A stretch of 64,000 nt of DNA, taken from assembly GCA_934725685.1 (NCBI GenBank), contig CAKVBX010000005.1, positions 2,802 through 66,801 on the forward strand. The letters run 5' to 3'. The position numbers and the translations under genes were made by a program. This document shows positions 8,320-17,851 of this stretch, piece after piece; positions within the stretch are counted from its first letter, which is position 1; the number at the start of each line of letters is the position of its first letter. The DNA is from an uncultured Bacilli bacterium. Lineage in GTDB: Bacteria > Bacillota_I > Bacilli_A > RFN20 > CAG-288. Below the pieces are notes generated by a model. It had not been told where the DNA came from. It saw nothing but the letters and a program-made list of their open reading frames with translations, and searched no databases.

Positions 8320-9069
8320 ATGATCAAATTAGTTCTTATCCGTCACGGTGAGAGTGAATGGAACAAACTCAATCTTTTCACCGGCTGGACCGACGTTGAG
8401 CTCTCTGAAAAAGGCGTTCAGGAAGCCATCAACGGCGGAAAACTTCTGAATGAGGAAGGATATCGTTTCGATATCGCCTTCACGTCTACCCTCAAGAGAG
8501 CCATTCATACCTGCTGGCATGTTCTTGATGGTGTCGATCAGGCCTACATCCCGGTCATCAAAGACTATCACCTCAATGAGAGACACTATGGTGCCCTTCA
8601 GGGTCTCAACAAGGCAGAGACTACTGCCAAGTATGGTGCCGAACAGGTCCATCAGTGGAGAAGATCTTTCGATATCGCTCCGCCGGCCCTCGATCCCGAA
8701 GATAAGAGAAACCCTGCTCTTCAGGATGCCTACAAGGGGATCGACCCGAAGGAACTTCCGCTCCATGAATCCCTCAAGGATACCATCGCCAGAGTCGTTC
8801 CTTACTACAATGAGAAAATTGTTCCGGAAATCAAGGCCGGAAAGCACGTTCTCATCGCTGCCCATGGCAACTCTTTAAGAGCTCTTGTCAAATATCTTGA
8901 CAACATCTCCGATGAGGATATTGCTGGACTCAACATTCCTACCGGTGTCCCGCTCGTCTATGAACTTGATGAAGACCTCAAGCCGATCAAACATTATTAC
9001 CTCGGCGACCAGGAAGCCATCAACGCCAAGATTAACGCCGTCAAGAATCAGGATTCCATCAAGAAGTAA
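8320..9069 (+). CDS. gpmA: 2,3-bisphosphoglycerate-dependent phosphoglycerate mutase
   Basis: 249 aa. [12 protein letters not shown] catalytic His motif. Full-length dPGM-like sequence. SD AGGAGG. Confidence 0.93.
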   Translation: MIKLVLIRHGESEWNKLNLFTGWTDVELSEKGVQEAINGGKLLNEEGYRFDIAFTSTLKRAIHTCWHVLDGVDQAYIPVIKDYHLNERHYGALQGLNKAETTAKYGAEQVHQWRRSFDIAPPALDPEDKRNPALQDAYKGIDPKELPLHESLKDTIARVVPYYNEKIVPEIKAGKHVLIAAHGNSLRALVKYLDNISDEDIAGLNIPTGVPLVYELDEDLKPIKHYYLGDQEAINAKINAVKNQDSIKK

Positions 9070-9085
9070 ATCCAAAAGCACAAAC

Positions 9086-9121
9086 AAAAAAGAGAGATTG
9101 CATCATGCAGTCCCTCTTTTT
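9086..9121. terminator. Bidirectional intrinsic terminator between convergent genes
   Basis: A-run, then hairpin AGAGAGATTGC...GCAGTCCCTCT (one A-C mismatch), then T5. Confidence 0.6.
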
Positions 9122-9137
9122 CGATGGACAAAGTGAA

Positions 9138-9626
9138 TTAGTCTAACCGTTCTCCGCAGGAATTGCAGAATCGGGCATCACTCGGATTGGAAACATGACA
9201 CTTCGGGCAGGTCTTCGTCAGAGCCTTTCCGCAGGAATTGCAGAACTTTGCCTCCCCTTTGTTCGTTCCTCCGCAATGAGGACAGACGATTTCCTTGCTG
9301 TTGCCCATCATATCGGAAATACCGGTTTCCTTCATGTATTCTTTGGCGTAGGGGACGGAGATTTTCATCATCTTTTTCTGGATGAACGGAATGAGAGTGA
9401 TGAAGAATCCTACGAAGGAGATTGTCATGAGAAAACCGCAAATCGGCATGACGACCATGATACCGGGGTTATCCGGCGTCATCAACGTGAAACTAACGAT
9501 GATTCCGACGATACTCCCGAGAAAGAGGACGGAAAAGAGAACGAGCAAGGCAATTCTCCCTTTGCTTAAGCTCTTCTTGGGTCCTGCTTCGACAGGTCGA
9601 TTCTGATACTGGTGGTTTTTCTTCAT
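9138..9626 (-). CDS. Membrane protein with C-terminal double zinc ribbon
   Basis: 162 aa with two TM helices, then CPHCGG...CNSCG...CPKCH...CNSCG. Confidence 0.6.
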   Translation of the reverse strand: MKKNHQYQNRPVEAGPKKSLSKGRIALLVLFSVLFLGSIVGIIVSFTLMTPDNPGIMVVMPICGFLMTISFVGFFITLIPFIQKKMMKISVPYAKEYMKETGISDMMGNSKEIVCPHCGGTNKGEAKFCNSCGKALTKTCPKCHVSNPSDARFCNSCGERLD

Positions 9627-9675
9627 AGAAAGTTCCTCCTTGATGACTTCATTATATCATGTAGGAAAATCGATT

Positions 9676-9684
9676 TGATATAAT
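9676..9684 (+). promoter_or_regulatory. Extended -10 element upstream of ppiB
   Basis: TGaTATAAT, 26 nt before ATG 9710. No good -35. Confidence 0.45.
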
Positions 9685-9709
9685 AAAGGACGAAAAGAGG
9701 ACACAGAAA

Positions 9710-10210
9710 ATGATTATTCTCAACATCAAAGATTTCGGAAAAGTCGAAATCGAACTTGATTATGAAAATGCGCCCAACACCTGCGCCAACTTCGTCGAAT
9801 TAGTCAATAAGGGCTTCTATGACGGCCTCACCTTCCATCGTATCATCAAGGGCTTCATGATTCAGGGCGGTGACCCGGTCGGAAACGGAACCGGCGGCCC
9901 GGGTTTCACCATCGAAGGTGAATTCCTCATGAACCATCATAAGAACAACCTTTCCCATCAGCGCGGCGTGATTTCCATGGCCCGTGCCATGGATCCCAAC
10001 TCCGCTGGAAGCCAGTTCTTCATCTGCGATGCGGATGACGATTTTCTCGACGGACAGTATGCTTCCTTCGGAAAAGTCACTTCCGGAATTGAAGTCATCG
10101 ATAAGGTCGCTTCCGTTCGTACGGACAGAAACGATGCTCCGCTCACCAAGGTCGTCATCGAATCCATCAAAGCCGTCGATGAACCGGAACCGAAGCCGGT
10201 CCGCCAATAA
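9710..10210 (+). CDS. ppiB: Cyclophilin-type peptidyl-prolyl cis-trans isomerase
   Basis: 166 aa. FHRIIKGFMIQGGDP and SMARAMDPNSAGSQFFI cyclophilin signatures. Confidence 0.9.
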   Translation: MIILNIKDFGKVEIELDYENAPNTCANFVELVNKGFYDGLTFHRIIKGFMIQGGDPVGNGTGGPGFTIEGEFLMNHHKNNLSHQRGVISMARAMDPNSAGSQFFICDADDDFLDGQYASFGKVTSGIEVIDKVASVRTDRNDAPLTKVVIESIKAVDEPEPKPVRQ

Positions 10211-10213
10211 AGA

Positions 10214-11206
10214 ATGGTCAAAGTTTTCTTCGGCCCGGATCCCGGATACACGTATCATACTGCCGTCAAAGAACTGAAAAAGGCACTCAATCCGGTCGAT
10301 TTCGGAAAAATCGATCGAATGGACGGGTATAAGGATCCGGTCTCTTTTATCGTAGAGTCCTGCCAGACGATTTCCTTATTCTGTCCGCATAAGACAATCC
10401 TTGTTTCCAACGCGTATTTTTTCACGGATAACAAAAACAAGAAGGGAACACTGAAGGAATCCGAACAGAATTACGGAATGCTCGAAGATTATCTTCTCAA
10501 TCCGTCCACCGAAACGGACCTTTATTTTGTCGTTCCCGGTCCTATCTCACGGACTGGTTCTCCCAATAAGGCACTCTCTTCTCCTGCAGTGACGCTCGTC
10601 TCCTGCGATATTCCGACGGACGAAGACTATATCATGCTCGCTTTCCGAAGAGCGAAAGAGGAGAAGAGGGAAATCGACAAGGATGCCGCCGATCTGCTTC
10701 TGAAACGGACCAAAGGGGATTATCTCTCCTTCTCCAACAATTTGGATAAACTTTTCTGCTATACGAATCATGTGATGAAGGTGGATGTCGAAGAAATGGT
10801 CTATAAGCCTCTGGAGGACAACGTCTTTTCGATTGTCTCCTATCTGATGAAAGGAAAGACCAATGAAGCAGTCCGGGCCTACGAGGAACTGAAGAGAAAT
10901 GGCATTGATATTCTTTCTCTGCTTCCGATTTTTGCAAGCCAATTCAACCGTATGGCACTGGTCAAATACATGACAGCCTCCGGTTATCCGAAGGATGCCA
11001 TCGTCAAGGAACTCAGGATGAGCCCTGGCATGCTCTATTACACCCAGAGGGATGTCAAGAACATCCCGATGTACGTTTTTGTCGATGCGATGTCAGGACT
11101 GTTCGAAGTCGAAAAGAATATCAAAATCAATCTGGATGATGCGGATACAAGAATGCTTTCCTATCTGCTTCTTTTCAGCCGGAATTATCTGAGAGGAATC
11201 CTTTAA
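10214..11206 (+). CDS. holA: DNA polymerase III delta subunit (probable)
   Basis: 330 aa, the expected size. Convergent with rpsT, as in the Bacillus holA/rpsT arrangement. N-terminal VFFGPDPGYTY... resembles HolA. This rests on weak motif-level evidence only. Confidence 0.6.
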   Translation: MVKVFFGPDPGYTYHTAVKELKKALNPVDFGKIDRMDGYKDPVSFIVESCQTISLFCPHKTILVSNAYFFTDNKNKKGTLKESEQNYGMLEDYLLNPSTETDLYFVVPGPISRTGSPNKALSSPAVTLVSCDIPTDEDYIMLAFRRAKEEKREIDKDAADLLLKRTKGDYLSFSNNLDKLFCYTNHVMKVDVEEMVYKPLEDNVFSIVSYLMKGKTNEAVRAYEELKRNGIDILSLLPIFASQFNRMALVKYMTASGYPKDAIVKELRMSPGMLYYTQRDVKNIPMYVFVDAMSGLFEVEKNIKINLDDADTRMLSYLLLFSRNYLRGIL

Positions 11207-11242
11207 GCGGAATTCTCTGTCTGTTTTTCAGAAAATCGACAT

Positions 11243-11271
11243 AAAAAAAGACCAGCAAAAACTGGTCTTTT
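11243..11271. terminator. Bidirectional intrinsic terminator (holA / rpsT)
   Basis: A7, GACCAG-CAAAAA-CTGGTC, T4. Confidence 0.75.
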
Positions 11272-11289
11272 CATATCTTTGAAGGAAGA

Positions 11290-11583
11290 TTACTTGGCTT
11301 CTTCGGTGGAGGCAGGCTCAGCTTTGAGACCGTTGACAGCCTTCATAAGAGAGCTCTTCTGACGGGAAGCGGTGTTGAGCTTCTGGATGCCTTCCTTGAC
11401 AGACTTGTCAATGAGGGCAATAGCTTCGGGAAGAAGCTTTTCGGCGAGTTCAAGATCCTTGTTTGCAACAGCGGCCTTGACCTTCTTGATCGCAGTTCTC
11501 ATCTTGGATTTGAAAGCAGCATGATGCTGTCTGTTTCTCTCATCGATTAAGATACGTTTCTGCTGTGATTTGATGTTAGCCAT
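11290..11583 (-). CDS. rpsT: 30S ribosomal protein S20
   Basis: 97 aa, MANIKSQQKRILIDERNRQHHAAFKSKMRTAIKK. Confidence 0.93.
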   Translation of the reverse strand: MANIKSQQKRILIDERNRQHHAAFKSKMRTAIKKVKAAVANKDLELAEKLLPEAIALIDKSVKEGIQKLNTASRQKSSLMKAVNGLKAEPASTEEAK

Positions 11584-11641
11584 TTTTCTAATCTCCTATT
11601 TATTGTCTATAAAAATTAAAAACTGTTTCCAGCGGTATAGA

Positions 11642-11670
11642 ATTATACTAGAAATCCCGTCCTATTTCAA
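11642..11670 (-). promoter_or_regulatory. rpsT promoter
   Basis: On the minus strand, TTGAAA, 17-nt spacer, TATAAT. Gives a leader of about 50 nt. Confidence 0.6.
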
Positions 11671-11837
11671 TACCAAAAATGAATTTCCTTAGACTTTCCG
11701 GGTGTCATAGTTCTGTTTCCTATGTTTTTCTGTATTTTCGTTTTTTTAGGTGGAAGATAATAGATTTTCTTCGCAATATAGGACAAGGCGGAATCGGAGG
11801 AAATCATACGGAAACTAATAAAATGGATGGCATTCCG

Positions 11838-11846
11838 TGATATAAT
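11838..11846 (+). promoter_or_regulatory. Extended -10 element upstream of deoC
   Basis: TGaTATAAT, 22 nt before ATG 11868. Confidence 0.45.
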
Positions 11847-11867
11847 CAAGCGAAAGAGGTAATTACC

Positions 11868-12506
11868 ATGGAATACAATCGTATGATCGACCACACCCTG
11901 CTCGCCAGTGATGCCACCGAAGCGCAGATCAAGAAAATCTGTGACGAAGCGAAGACCTATCATTTCGCTTCCGTCTGCGTCAATCCCTGCTGGGTTTCGT
12001 TCTGTGCCGAAGAACTGAAAGGGACTGATTCCAAAGTCTGTACCGTCATCGGCTTCCCTCTCGGTGCCACCAGCACGAAAAGCAAGGAAGAAGAAATCAG
12101 ACAAGCCATCCTTGATGGCGCCGAAGAACTCGATATGGTCATCAATATCGGAAAGCTTAAAGACCATCAGGATGACTACGTCGAAAACGAAATCCGTTCT
12201 CTTAAGAAAATCTGCGGAAAGCTCGTTCTCAAAGTCATCATCGAGACCTGCCTTCTTACCGATGAGGAGAAGGTCCGTGTCTGTCTGCTCGCCAAGAAGG
12301 CGGGTGCTGACTTCGTCAAGACTTCCACCGGTTTTTCCAAGTGGGGTGCCAAGGTCGAAGATGTCGCTCTCATGAGAAAGACGGTCGGCTCGGAGATGGG
12401 AGTCAAAGCTTCCGGCGGTGTCCGTAACAAGGAAGAGATGGAAGCGATGATCAAGGCCGGTGCCACTAGAATAGGAACCAGCCACGGCGTCGAACTTGTC
12501 AAGTGA
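11868..12506 (+). CDS. deoC: Deoxyribose-phosphate aldolase
   Basis: 212 aa. [37 protein letters not shown], plus FVKTSTGF carrying the Schiff-base lysine. Confidence 0.92.
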   Translation: MEYNRMIDHTLLASDATEAQIKKICDEAKTYHFASVCVNPCWVSFCAEELKGTDSKVCTVIGFPLGATSTKSKEEEIRQAILDGAEELDMVINIGKLKDHQDDYVENEIRSLKKICGKLVLKVIIETCLLTDEEKVRVCLLAKKAGADFVKTSTGFSKWGAKVEDVALMRKTVGSEMGVKASGGVRNKEEMEAMIKAGATRIGTSHGVELVK

Positions 12507-12560
12507 TCTAGTTTTGCAAATTGGAATGCTGACTTCAGAACCGCAGTCTGTCAACACGAA

Positions 12561-12586
12561 AAAGGGCCTTCCACGGAAGGCCCTTT
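12561..12586. terminator. Bidirectional intrinsic terminator (deoC / rnj)
   Basis: AAA, GGGCCTTC-CACG-GAAGGCCC, TTT. Confidence 0.8.
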
Positions 12587-12593
12587 CATTTGG

Positions 12594-14342
12594 TTAACGG
12601 GGATCGACTTTTTCAAGCTGATCGATATCGAGAATCTGGAAGAAGACCATCGGTTCCTTATCGGTGTTCTTGATGAGGTAACGGGTGATCTTGTCCGTGA
12701 TTTTCTTCGACATCTCCGGAATGGAGACTCTCTTTTCGCTGTTGACGAGCAGATTGTTGAGGGAGTTGTCGATGATTTGATTGATCTGGTTGAGAATCGG
12801 TTCACTGTCCTTCAGATAGAGGAATCCCTTCATCTGAATATCCGGAGCGGAAAGAATCTTTTTCTGCTTGGTGGAAATCGTGACGCCGATGACGACGATG
12901 CCGCCGTCTGCCATCTTGGTGCGTTCTTCGATGGCGGCTTCCTTGACGTCACCGACGGAGGCACCATCGACCATGACATCTCCATTGCGGACAAGGATGT
13001 TGCGGTGAATCATTCTGCCGTTTTCGTCGAAGGCGAGCGCCATACCATTATCATAGACAAAGGTGTTGAAATGGTTCAGGCCGATGCCGAGATCGATGGC
13101 GAGGGTGGCGTTTGCCATAAGGAGACGGAAGTCACCTTTGACTGGCAGGTAGTATCTCGGACGGAAGAGGGAAATCATCAGCTTGAGGTCTTCCTGTCTC
13201 GCATGCATGGAGGAGACTTCTTTTCTCGAGAGAGTCAGAACGTGGCAGTCAGTGCGATAAATGGTATCGGCCGTATCGACGGCGAGGACTTCCGTTCCCG
13301 GAACGGAAGGAGCGCAGTTGACCCAGGTATCAGTGGTCTCAAGACGGAGTCCATTGACGCTTCCGTAGCAGATTTCCTTTGAATAGTTGAATAGGTTGTC
13401 ACCGCTTCCGGTGACGAGGATGATGACATCCTTCGGGGGATACTTTTTGATGTCGGCGATGCTGATTCTCATCTCGGGCGGGATGACGATATCGCCGATT
13501 TTTGCCATGGCATCGAAGAAGGCAGTCTGCTCCGGATTGGCGATACAAATCTTCTTGCGGTAGCGGATGGCGAGATTGATGACTTCCTGAATATTGTAGA
13601 AGTTCTGGTTGTAAATGGAGATGAAGGTCTTTCCGGTCGGATCCTCAAAGAGGCTCTTGATTTGTTCCGTGATTTTGTGATTCGGGGAAGAGATGCCGGG
13701 CTGATCGGCCGCTTCACTCTCTGTCATGAGGAGGAAGGTTTTTTCGTTCTCGGAGAGTCTTGCGACCTTGGGAAGGTCGAACTGATACCCTTTGAGCGGG
13801 GAATAATCCGAGATGAAGTCGGAGGTGTAGACGATGTTGCCGAGGCGTGTCCGCAAGGCAAAACCGAATGATTCCGCGACGGAGTGTGTTGTCTGGAAAA
13901 GCTCAAAGACATGGCCGGCAATAGTGATGGTGTCACTCGGATTGACCGGGATGAAATCGTAGCTGGAGAGCTTCTTGAATTTGCTTCCATAGGTGTTCTT
14001 GATGATGGATATTGTGGTCTGTGTGGCGTAGACGGGGGCTCTGCAGACGTTGAGAAGATAGGGGAGCGCTCCGTACTGGTCGTCATGACCATGGGTGATG
14101 ATAATTGCCTTGACCCGGTTTGCGATGTTCTTCAGATAAGTGAAATCCGGGATGATGAAATCGACACCTGGCATGGCGCTGGTCGGATACTTCAGACCGG
14201 CTTCGATGACGAAGGCGTCATTGTTGACTTCGATGACATAACAGTTTTTTCCCATTTCGTCCATGCCGCCTAAAGCGACGACCTTGATCGGATAATTTCC
14301 GATTTCGTTGACGAATGGGGTCATTGTTTCGTTGTTTTCCAT
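12594..14342 (-). CDS. rnj: Ribonuclease J (beta-CASP metallo-beta-lactamase RNase)
   Basis: 582 aa. N-terminal IKVVALGGMDEMGKNCYVIE. Motif II reads THGHDDQYG. The beta-CASP and C-terminal domain lengths fit RNase J. Confidence 0.88.
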   Translation of the reverse strand: MENNETMTPFVNEIGNYPIKVVALGGMDEMGKNCYVIEVNNDAFVIEAGLKYPTSAMPGVDFIIPDFTYLKNIANRVKAIIITHGHDDQYGALPYLLNVCRAPVYATQTTISIIKNTYGSKFKKLSSYDFIPVNPSDTITIAGHVFELFQTTHSVAESFGFALRTRLGNIVYTSDFISDYSPLKGYQFDLPKVARLSENEKTFLLMTESEAADQPGISSPNHKITEQIKSLFEDPTGKTFISIYNQNFYNIQEVINLAIRYRKKICIANPEQTAFFDAMAKIGDIVIPPEMRISIADIKKYPPKDVIILVTGSGDNLFNYSKEICYGSVNGLRLETTDTWVNCAPSVPGTEVLAVDTADTIYRTDCHVLTLSRKEVSSMHARQEDLKLMISLFRPRYYLPVKGDFRLLMANATLAIDLGIGLNHFNTFVYDNGMALAFDENGRMIHRNILVRNGDVMVDGASVGDVKEAAIEERTKMADGGIVVIGVTISTKQKKILSAPDIQMKGFLYLKDSEPILNQINQIIDNSLNNLLVNSEKRVSIPEMSKKITDKITRYLIKNTDKEPMVFFQILDIDQLEKVDPR

Positions 14343-14469
14343 AGATGATAATAACCTTTCAAATAAAATGTGTCCTCTAATAAGGATAGATGGATTCCCT
14401 GTTCTTGCACGACTATATGACTCTATCTATAAAAATACTCTATTTGTCCTGAATTATCAATGAATCTGA

Positions 14470-15237
14470 TTACTTTTCGTCAAGTTCGAGAAAGACGGGG
14501 CAGTGGTCGGAGCCATAGACATCGTTCAGAATCTCGCTCTTCTTCACTCGGGGGAGCAAATCTTCCGAAATCAGCATGTAATCGAGTCTCCAACCCGCAT
14601 TGGTCTTTCTCGCATTGCGGAAATAGGACCAATAGGAATATTTCTTCTCTTCCGGATGGAGATAGCGGAAGGTATCGACAAAACCGAGGGAGAGAAGCTT
14701 CGAGAACTCGGCACGCTCCTCATCGGTGAAACCGGCGGAATGGTGATTGCTGCTCGGATTCTTGAGGTCGATTTCCTCATGGGCGACATTGAGATCGCCG
14801 GTGACGATGACACTCTTCTTTTTCATAAGGGAAGAGAGATAATCCCGGAGTTCTTTTTCGAATTCCATACGGAAGGGGAGACGCTTCAGTTCTTCTCCAG
14901 AGTTCGGAACATAGAGCGTGACAAAATAGAAATCCTCGAATTCGAGGGTGGTCGCCCTTCCTTCGTCATCGTATTTTCCATCGAGAAGTCCGTAGTGGAC
15001 AGAGAGCGGATGTTTCTTTGTGAGGACAGCGGTTCCACTGTACCCCTTTTTGACCTTGGAGACGGTCCAGTAAGCCTCATAGCCTTCCGGAACAAAGGGA
15101 AAGTCTTTGTGCTCGGTCTCGGAGAGTTTGAGCTCCTCGATGCCGATCAGGTCAGGAGAAATCGGAAACCATTCGGAAAGGCGGTCTTTTCCTAGATACG
15201 CCTTGATGGAATTGACATTGAAAGAGAGCAATTTCAT
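14470..15237 (-). CDS. xth: Exodeoxyribonuclease III (AP endonuclease)
   Basis: 255 aa from ATG 15237 (MKLLSFNVNSIKA...). C-terminal GSDHCPV motif. ATGA overlap with the aguB stop. The longer ORF-track start is an in-frame upstream extension. Confidence 0.88.
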   Translation of the reverse strand: MKLLSFNVNSIKAYLGKDRLSEWFPISPDLIGIEELKLSETEHKDFPFVPEGYEAYWTVSKVKKGYSGTAVLTKKHPLSVHYGLLDGKYDDEGRATTLEFEDFYFVTLYVPNSGEELKRLPFRMEFEKELRDYLSSLMKKKSVIVTGDLNVAHEEIDLKNPSSNHHSAGFTDEERAEFSKLLSLGFVDTFRYLHPEEKKYSYWSYFRNARKTNAGWRLDYMLISEDLLPRVKKSEILNDVYGSDHCPVFLELDEK

Positions 15238-16106
15238 TTCTGATCCTCGCTGGCATCCGATTTCAGAATGTCGTGGTACATTTCCGGCCTTCTGTCGCGG
15301 AAGATGCCCCAATCGCGCCGATTCTTACGGATTTGTTCAAGATCATAGGAATGTAAGAGAATTCCTTCTTCCTCTCTGTTGAGGCTTTCGACGATGGTGC
15401 CGGTCTCATCGGTCATGAAGGAGGAACCGAAGAACTTCATGGAAGAGTTCTTTTCCTTTTCGATGCCGACGCGGTTGCTGGCGATGACCGGCATGATGTT
15501 GAGGGCGCTCTGACCGATCATGGCATTTCTCCAGTGCGGCATGGAATCTTTGTCAAGGACCGGTTCCGAGCCGATGGCCGTGGGGAAGAGAAGATAATCC
15601 GCACCCTTGAGGGCAAGAATTCTTCCGGTCTCCAAAAACCACTGATCCCAGCAAATGCCGATACCGACATTGCCGGCTTTACTGTGGAACACCTGGTAAC
15701 CGGTATCGCCCGGCGTGAAGTAGAATTTCTCCTCGTAGCATTCGCCCGTGGGAATGTGGGTCTTGCGGTAGAGGCCGAGTCTTCTTCCGTCCTTATCGAT
15801 GACGCAAATGGAATTGAAATAGCAGCATCCCCGTTTTTCGAAGAAAGAGACAGGAATGACGATTTCCTGTTCTTTTGCCAGGTTTTCGAAGTATTCAAGG
15901 GTCTTAGAATTCTGGTATTCTTCCGCAAAATCGAAGCGGTCATAGTCTTCAATCTGGCAGAAGTAGTTCCGTTCGAAAAGCTCCTGGAGAAGAATCAGAT
16001 CCGCTCCTTTTTTCTTGGCTTCTTTGATGAAGGAAGTCTCTTTTTTCAGATTTTCCTCATAGTCATGAGAACAGCTCATCTGGCTCAGTGCCAATGTGAC
16101 TTTCAT
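15234..16106 (-). CDS. aguB: N-carbamoylputrescine amidase (nitrilase superfamily)
   Basis: 290 aa. CN-hydrolase layout (ELF..YF, ICWDQWF catalytic Cys region). Sits directly downstream of, and overlaps, aguA. Confidence 0.85.
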   Translation of the reverse strand: MKVTLALSQMSCSHDYEENLKKETSFIKEAKKKGADLILLQELFERNYFCQIEDYDRFDFAEEYQNSKTLEYFENLAKEQEIVIPVSFFEKRGCCYFNSICVIDKDGRRLGLYRKTHIPTGECYEEKFYFTPGDTGYQVFHSKAGNVGIGICWDQWFLETGRILALKGADYLLFPTAIGSEPVLDKDSMPHWRNAMIGQSALNIMPVIASNRVGIEKEKNSSMKFFGSSFMTDETGTIVESLNREEEGILLHSYDLEQIRKNRRDWGIFRDRRPEMYHDILKSDASEDQK

Positions 16107-17245
16107 AAATCTTCATCCTCCGGTTCTAAAGGGTAATGTTCCATATACGGAATCTGCTTGGTGATGCAGTGGATGTTTCCGCCACCGAGAAGTATTTCCC
16201 TGGAAGCGATTGGAATGATTTCCTTGCTGTCGCCGTAGAATTCCTTCAGGATGGAATAGGCAATCTCATCTTCTTCCGTGTTGAACTTCGGAAGAAGCAG
16301 GAACTTCTCTCCCATATAGAAGTTGACATAACTTCCGGCGAGTCTTCTCCCCGCCATCCGTTTGACGGCACTTTCATTGAGGCCGAGTCCCCTGGCTTCC
16401 TCTTCTGTCATGTACATGGTTTTTGGAAGTGGCATGCGGATGATGGTGAGGGGTCTTCCTTTGGCATCCGTCTCGTTCTTCAGATAGTCATAATCCGCAT
16501 GGGATCTTTCGTACTGGGGGTCCCTCGGGTCATCTGACCAGGCGAGCAGGACGACCCCGGGCTTCAAGAAACAGCATATGTTGTCGACATGGCCGTCGGT
16601 TTCATCCTCGTAGACACCATAGGGTAAGAAGAGGACTTTCTCGACATTGAGTGTCTCCTTCAGCGTTTTTTCGATTTCCTCCCTGGAGAGGGACGGATTT
16701 CTTCCGGGAGATAACAGACATTCTTCCGTCGTGAGAAGAGTTCCCTCTCCGTCGGTATGGATGCTTCCTCCTTCGAGAATGAAATCCTTTTTCGCATAGC
16801 GGTGAATCATCACTTCAAGAAGGAAAGCCTGAGAGAGATGGTTGTCATCGTCATAAGGACTGTAGAGCCCGTCAAAAGTGCCACCCCAGGCATTGAAACC
16901 GAAATCGATACCCAAAAGGCGGTGTTCGTCCTCGTTCTTCAAGAAGACGGGGAGAGAATCTCTGGCCCAGCTATCATCATAGCGGAGACGGAGAATGTGG
17001 GTGTTCTCCATTTCGAAGCGGCGGACAGTGCGGTAATCGATTCTCGGATCGATGACGACAATCACACGCTCGAAACGGGCGATTGCCTCGACGACAGAGA
17101 GAAATTCCTCGATGGCCGGTACGGCATTTTCACGCCACGTGTCTTTGCGGTAAGGCACTAAAACAACAGAGGCCCAGTGCTTTTCACCCTCAAAGGGAAA
17201 GACATAACCTTTGACGGATTCGAGATCTTTAAGAATAGAGTTCAT
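16103..17245 (-). CDS. aguA: Agmatine deiminase
   Basis: 380 aa. C-terminal GGGNIHCITKQ catalytic Cys motif. PAD_porph-like sequence throughout. Confidence 0.88.
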   Translation of the reverse strand: MNSILKDLESVKGYVFPFEGEKHWASVVLVPYRKDTWRENAVPAIEEFLSVVEAIARFERVIVVIDPRIDYRTVRRFEMENTHILRLRYDDSWARDSLPVFLKNEDEHRLLGIDFGFNAWGGTFDGLYSPYDDDNHLSQAFLLEVMIHRYAKKDFILEGGSIHTDGEGTLLTTEECLLSPGRNPSLSREEIEKTLKETLNVEKVLFLPYGVYEDETDGHVDNICCFLKPGVVLLAWSDDPRDPQYERSHADYDYLKNETDAKGRPLTIIRMPLPKTMYMTEEEARGLGLNESAVKRMAGRRLAGSYVNFYMGEKFLLLPKFNTEEDEIAYSILKEFYGDSKEIIPIASREILLGGGNIHCITKQIPYMEHYPLEPEDEDL

Positions 17246-17315
17246 TTTTTATGTTCTTTATTTTGTACAAAATATTATATAAAATAGAAATGCGTTTTCC
17301 AATGGAGGAAATCAT

Positions 17316-17849
17316 ATGAAAATTCTTATGGTAGTGACGGATGGTTTCGAGGACATTGAAGCTGTTGGAACTCTTGCCATACTCCGCCGTGCAAAATTGG
17401 ATGTGACCTTTGCGGCCATTGATAATGACCAGGCCACGGGACGCTATGGGCTCGTCTCTTCCATGATGACTGATCTTAACACCGTGGATTTCTCGACCTA
17501 TGACTGTCTTGTCATCCCTGGCGGTCCGGAATATATCGCGGAAGAAAATAACCCGAAGTTCCTGGATATGATTCTGAATTTCAATTCCCGTGGTAAGCTG
17601 ATTGCCGCCATCTGCGCCGGTCCGACCATTTTAGGTCGTCTCGGGCTTCTCAAAGGAAAGGATTACACCTGTTTCACTTCGATGAACGAAGATTTCGGTG
17701 GTACTTATCACGATGATTACGCTGTCATGGATGGTAACATTATCACCGGAAAGAGTGCAGCAGCCACCATCGATTTTGCCTTTCTCATCGTGAAAGCATT
17801 GATGGGAGAACAGTACGAAAAAGAAGTGAAGGCTTCCATCTATTACTGA
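17316..17849 (+). CDS. DJ-1/PfpI family protein
   Basis: 177 aa. KILMVVTDGFEDIE and the AICAGPTILG nucleophile elbow. Confidence 0.85.
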   Translation: MKILMVVTDGFEDIEAVGTLAILRRAKLDVTFAAIDNDQATGRYGLVSSMMTDLNTVDFSTYDCLVIPGGPEYIAEENNPKFLDMILNFNSRGKLIAAICAGPTILGRLGLLKGKDYTCFTSMNEDFGGTYHDDYAVMDGNIITGKSAAATIDFAFLIVKALMGEQYEKEVKASIYY

Positions 17850-17851
17850 GC

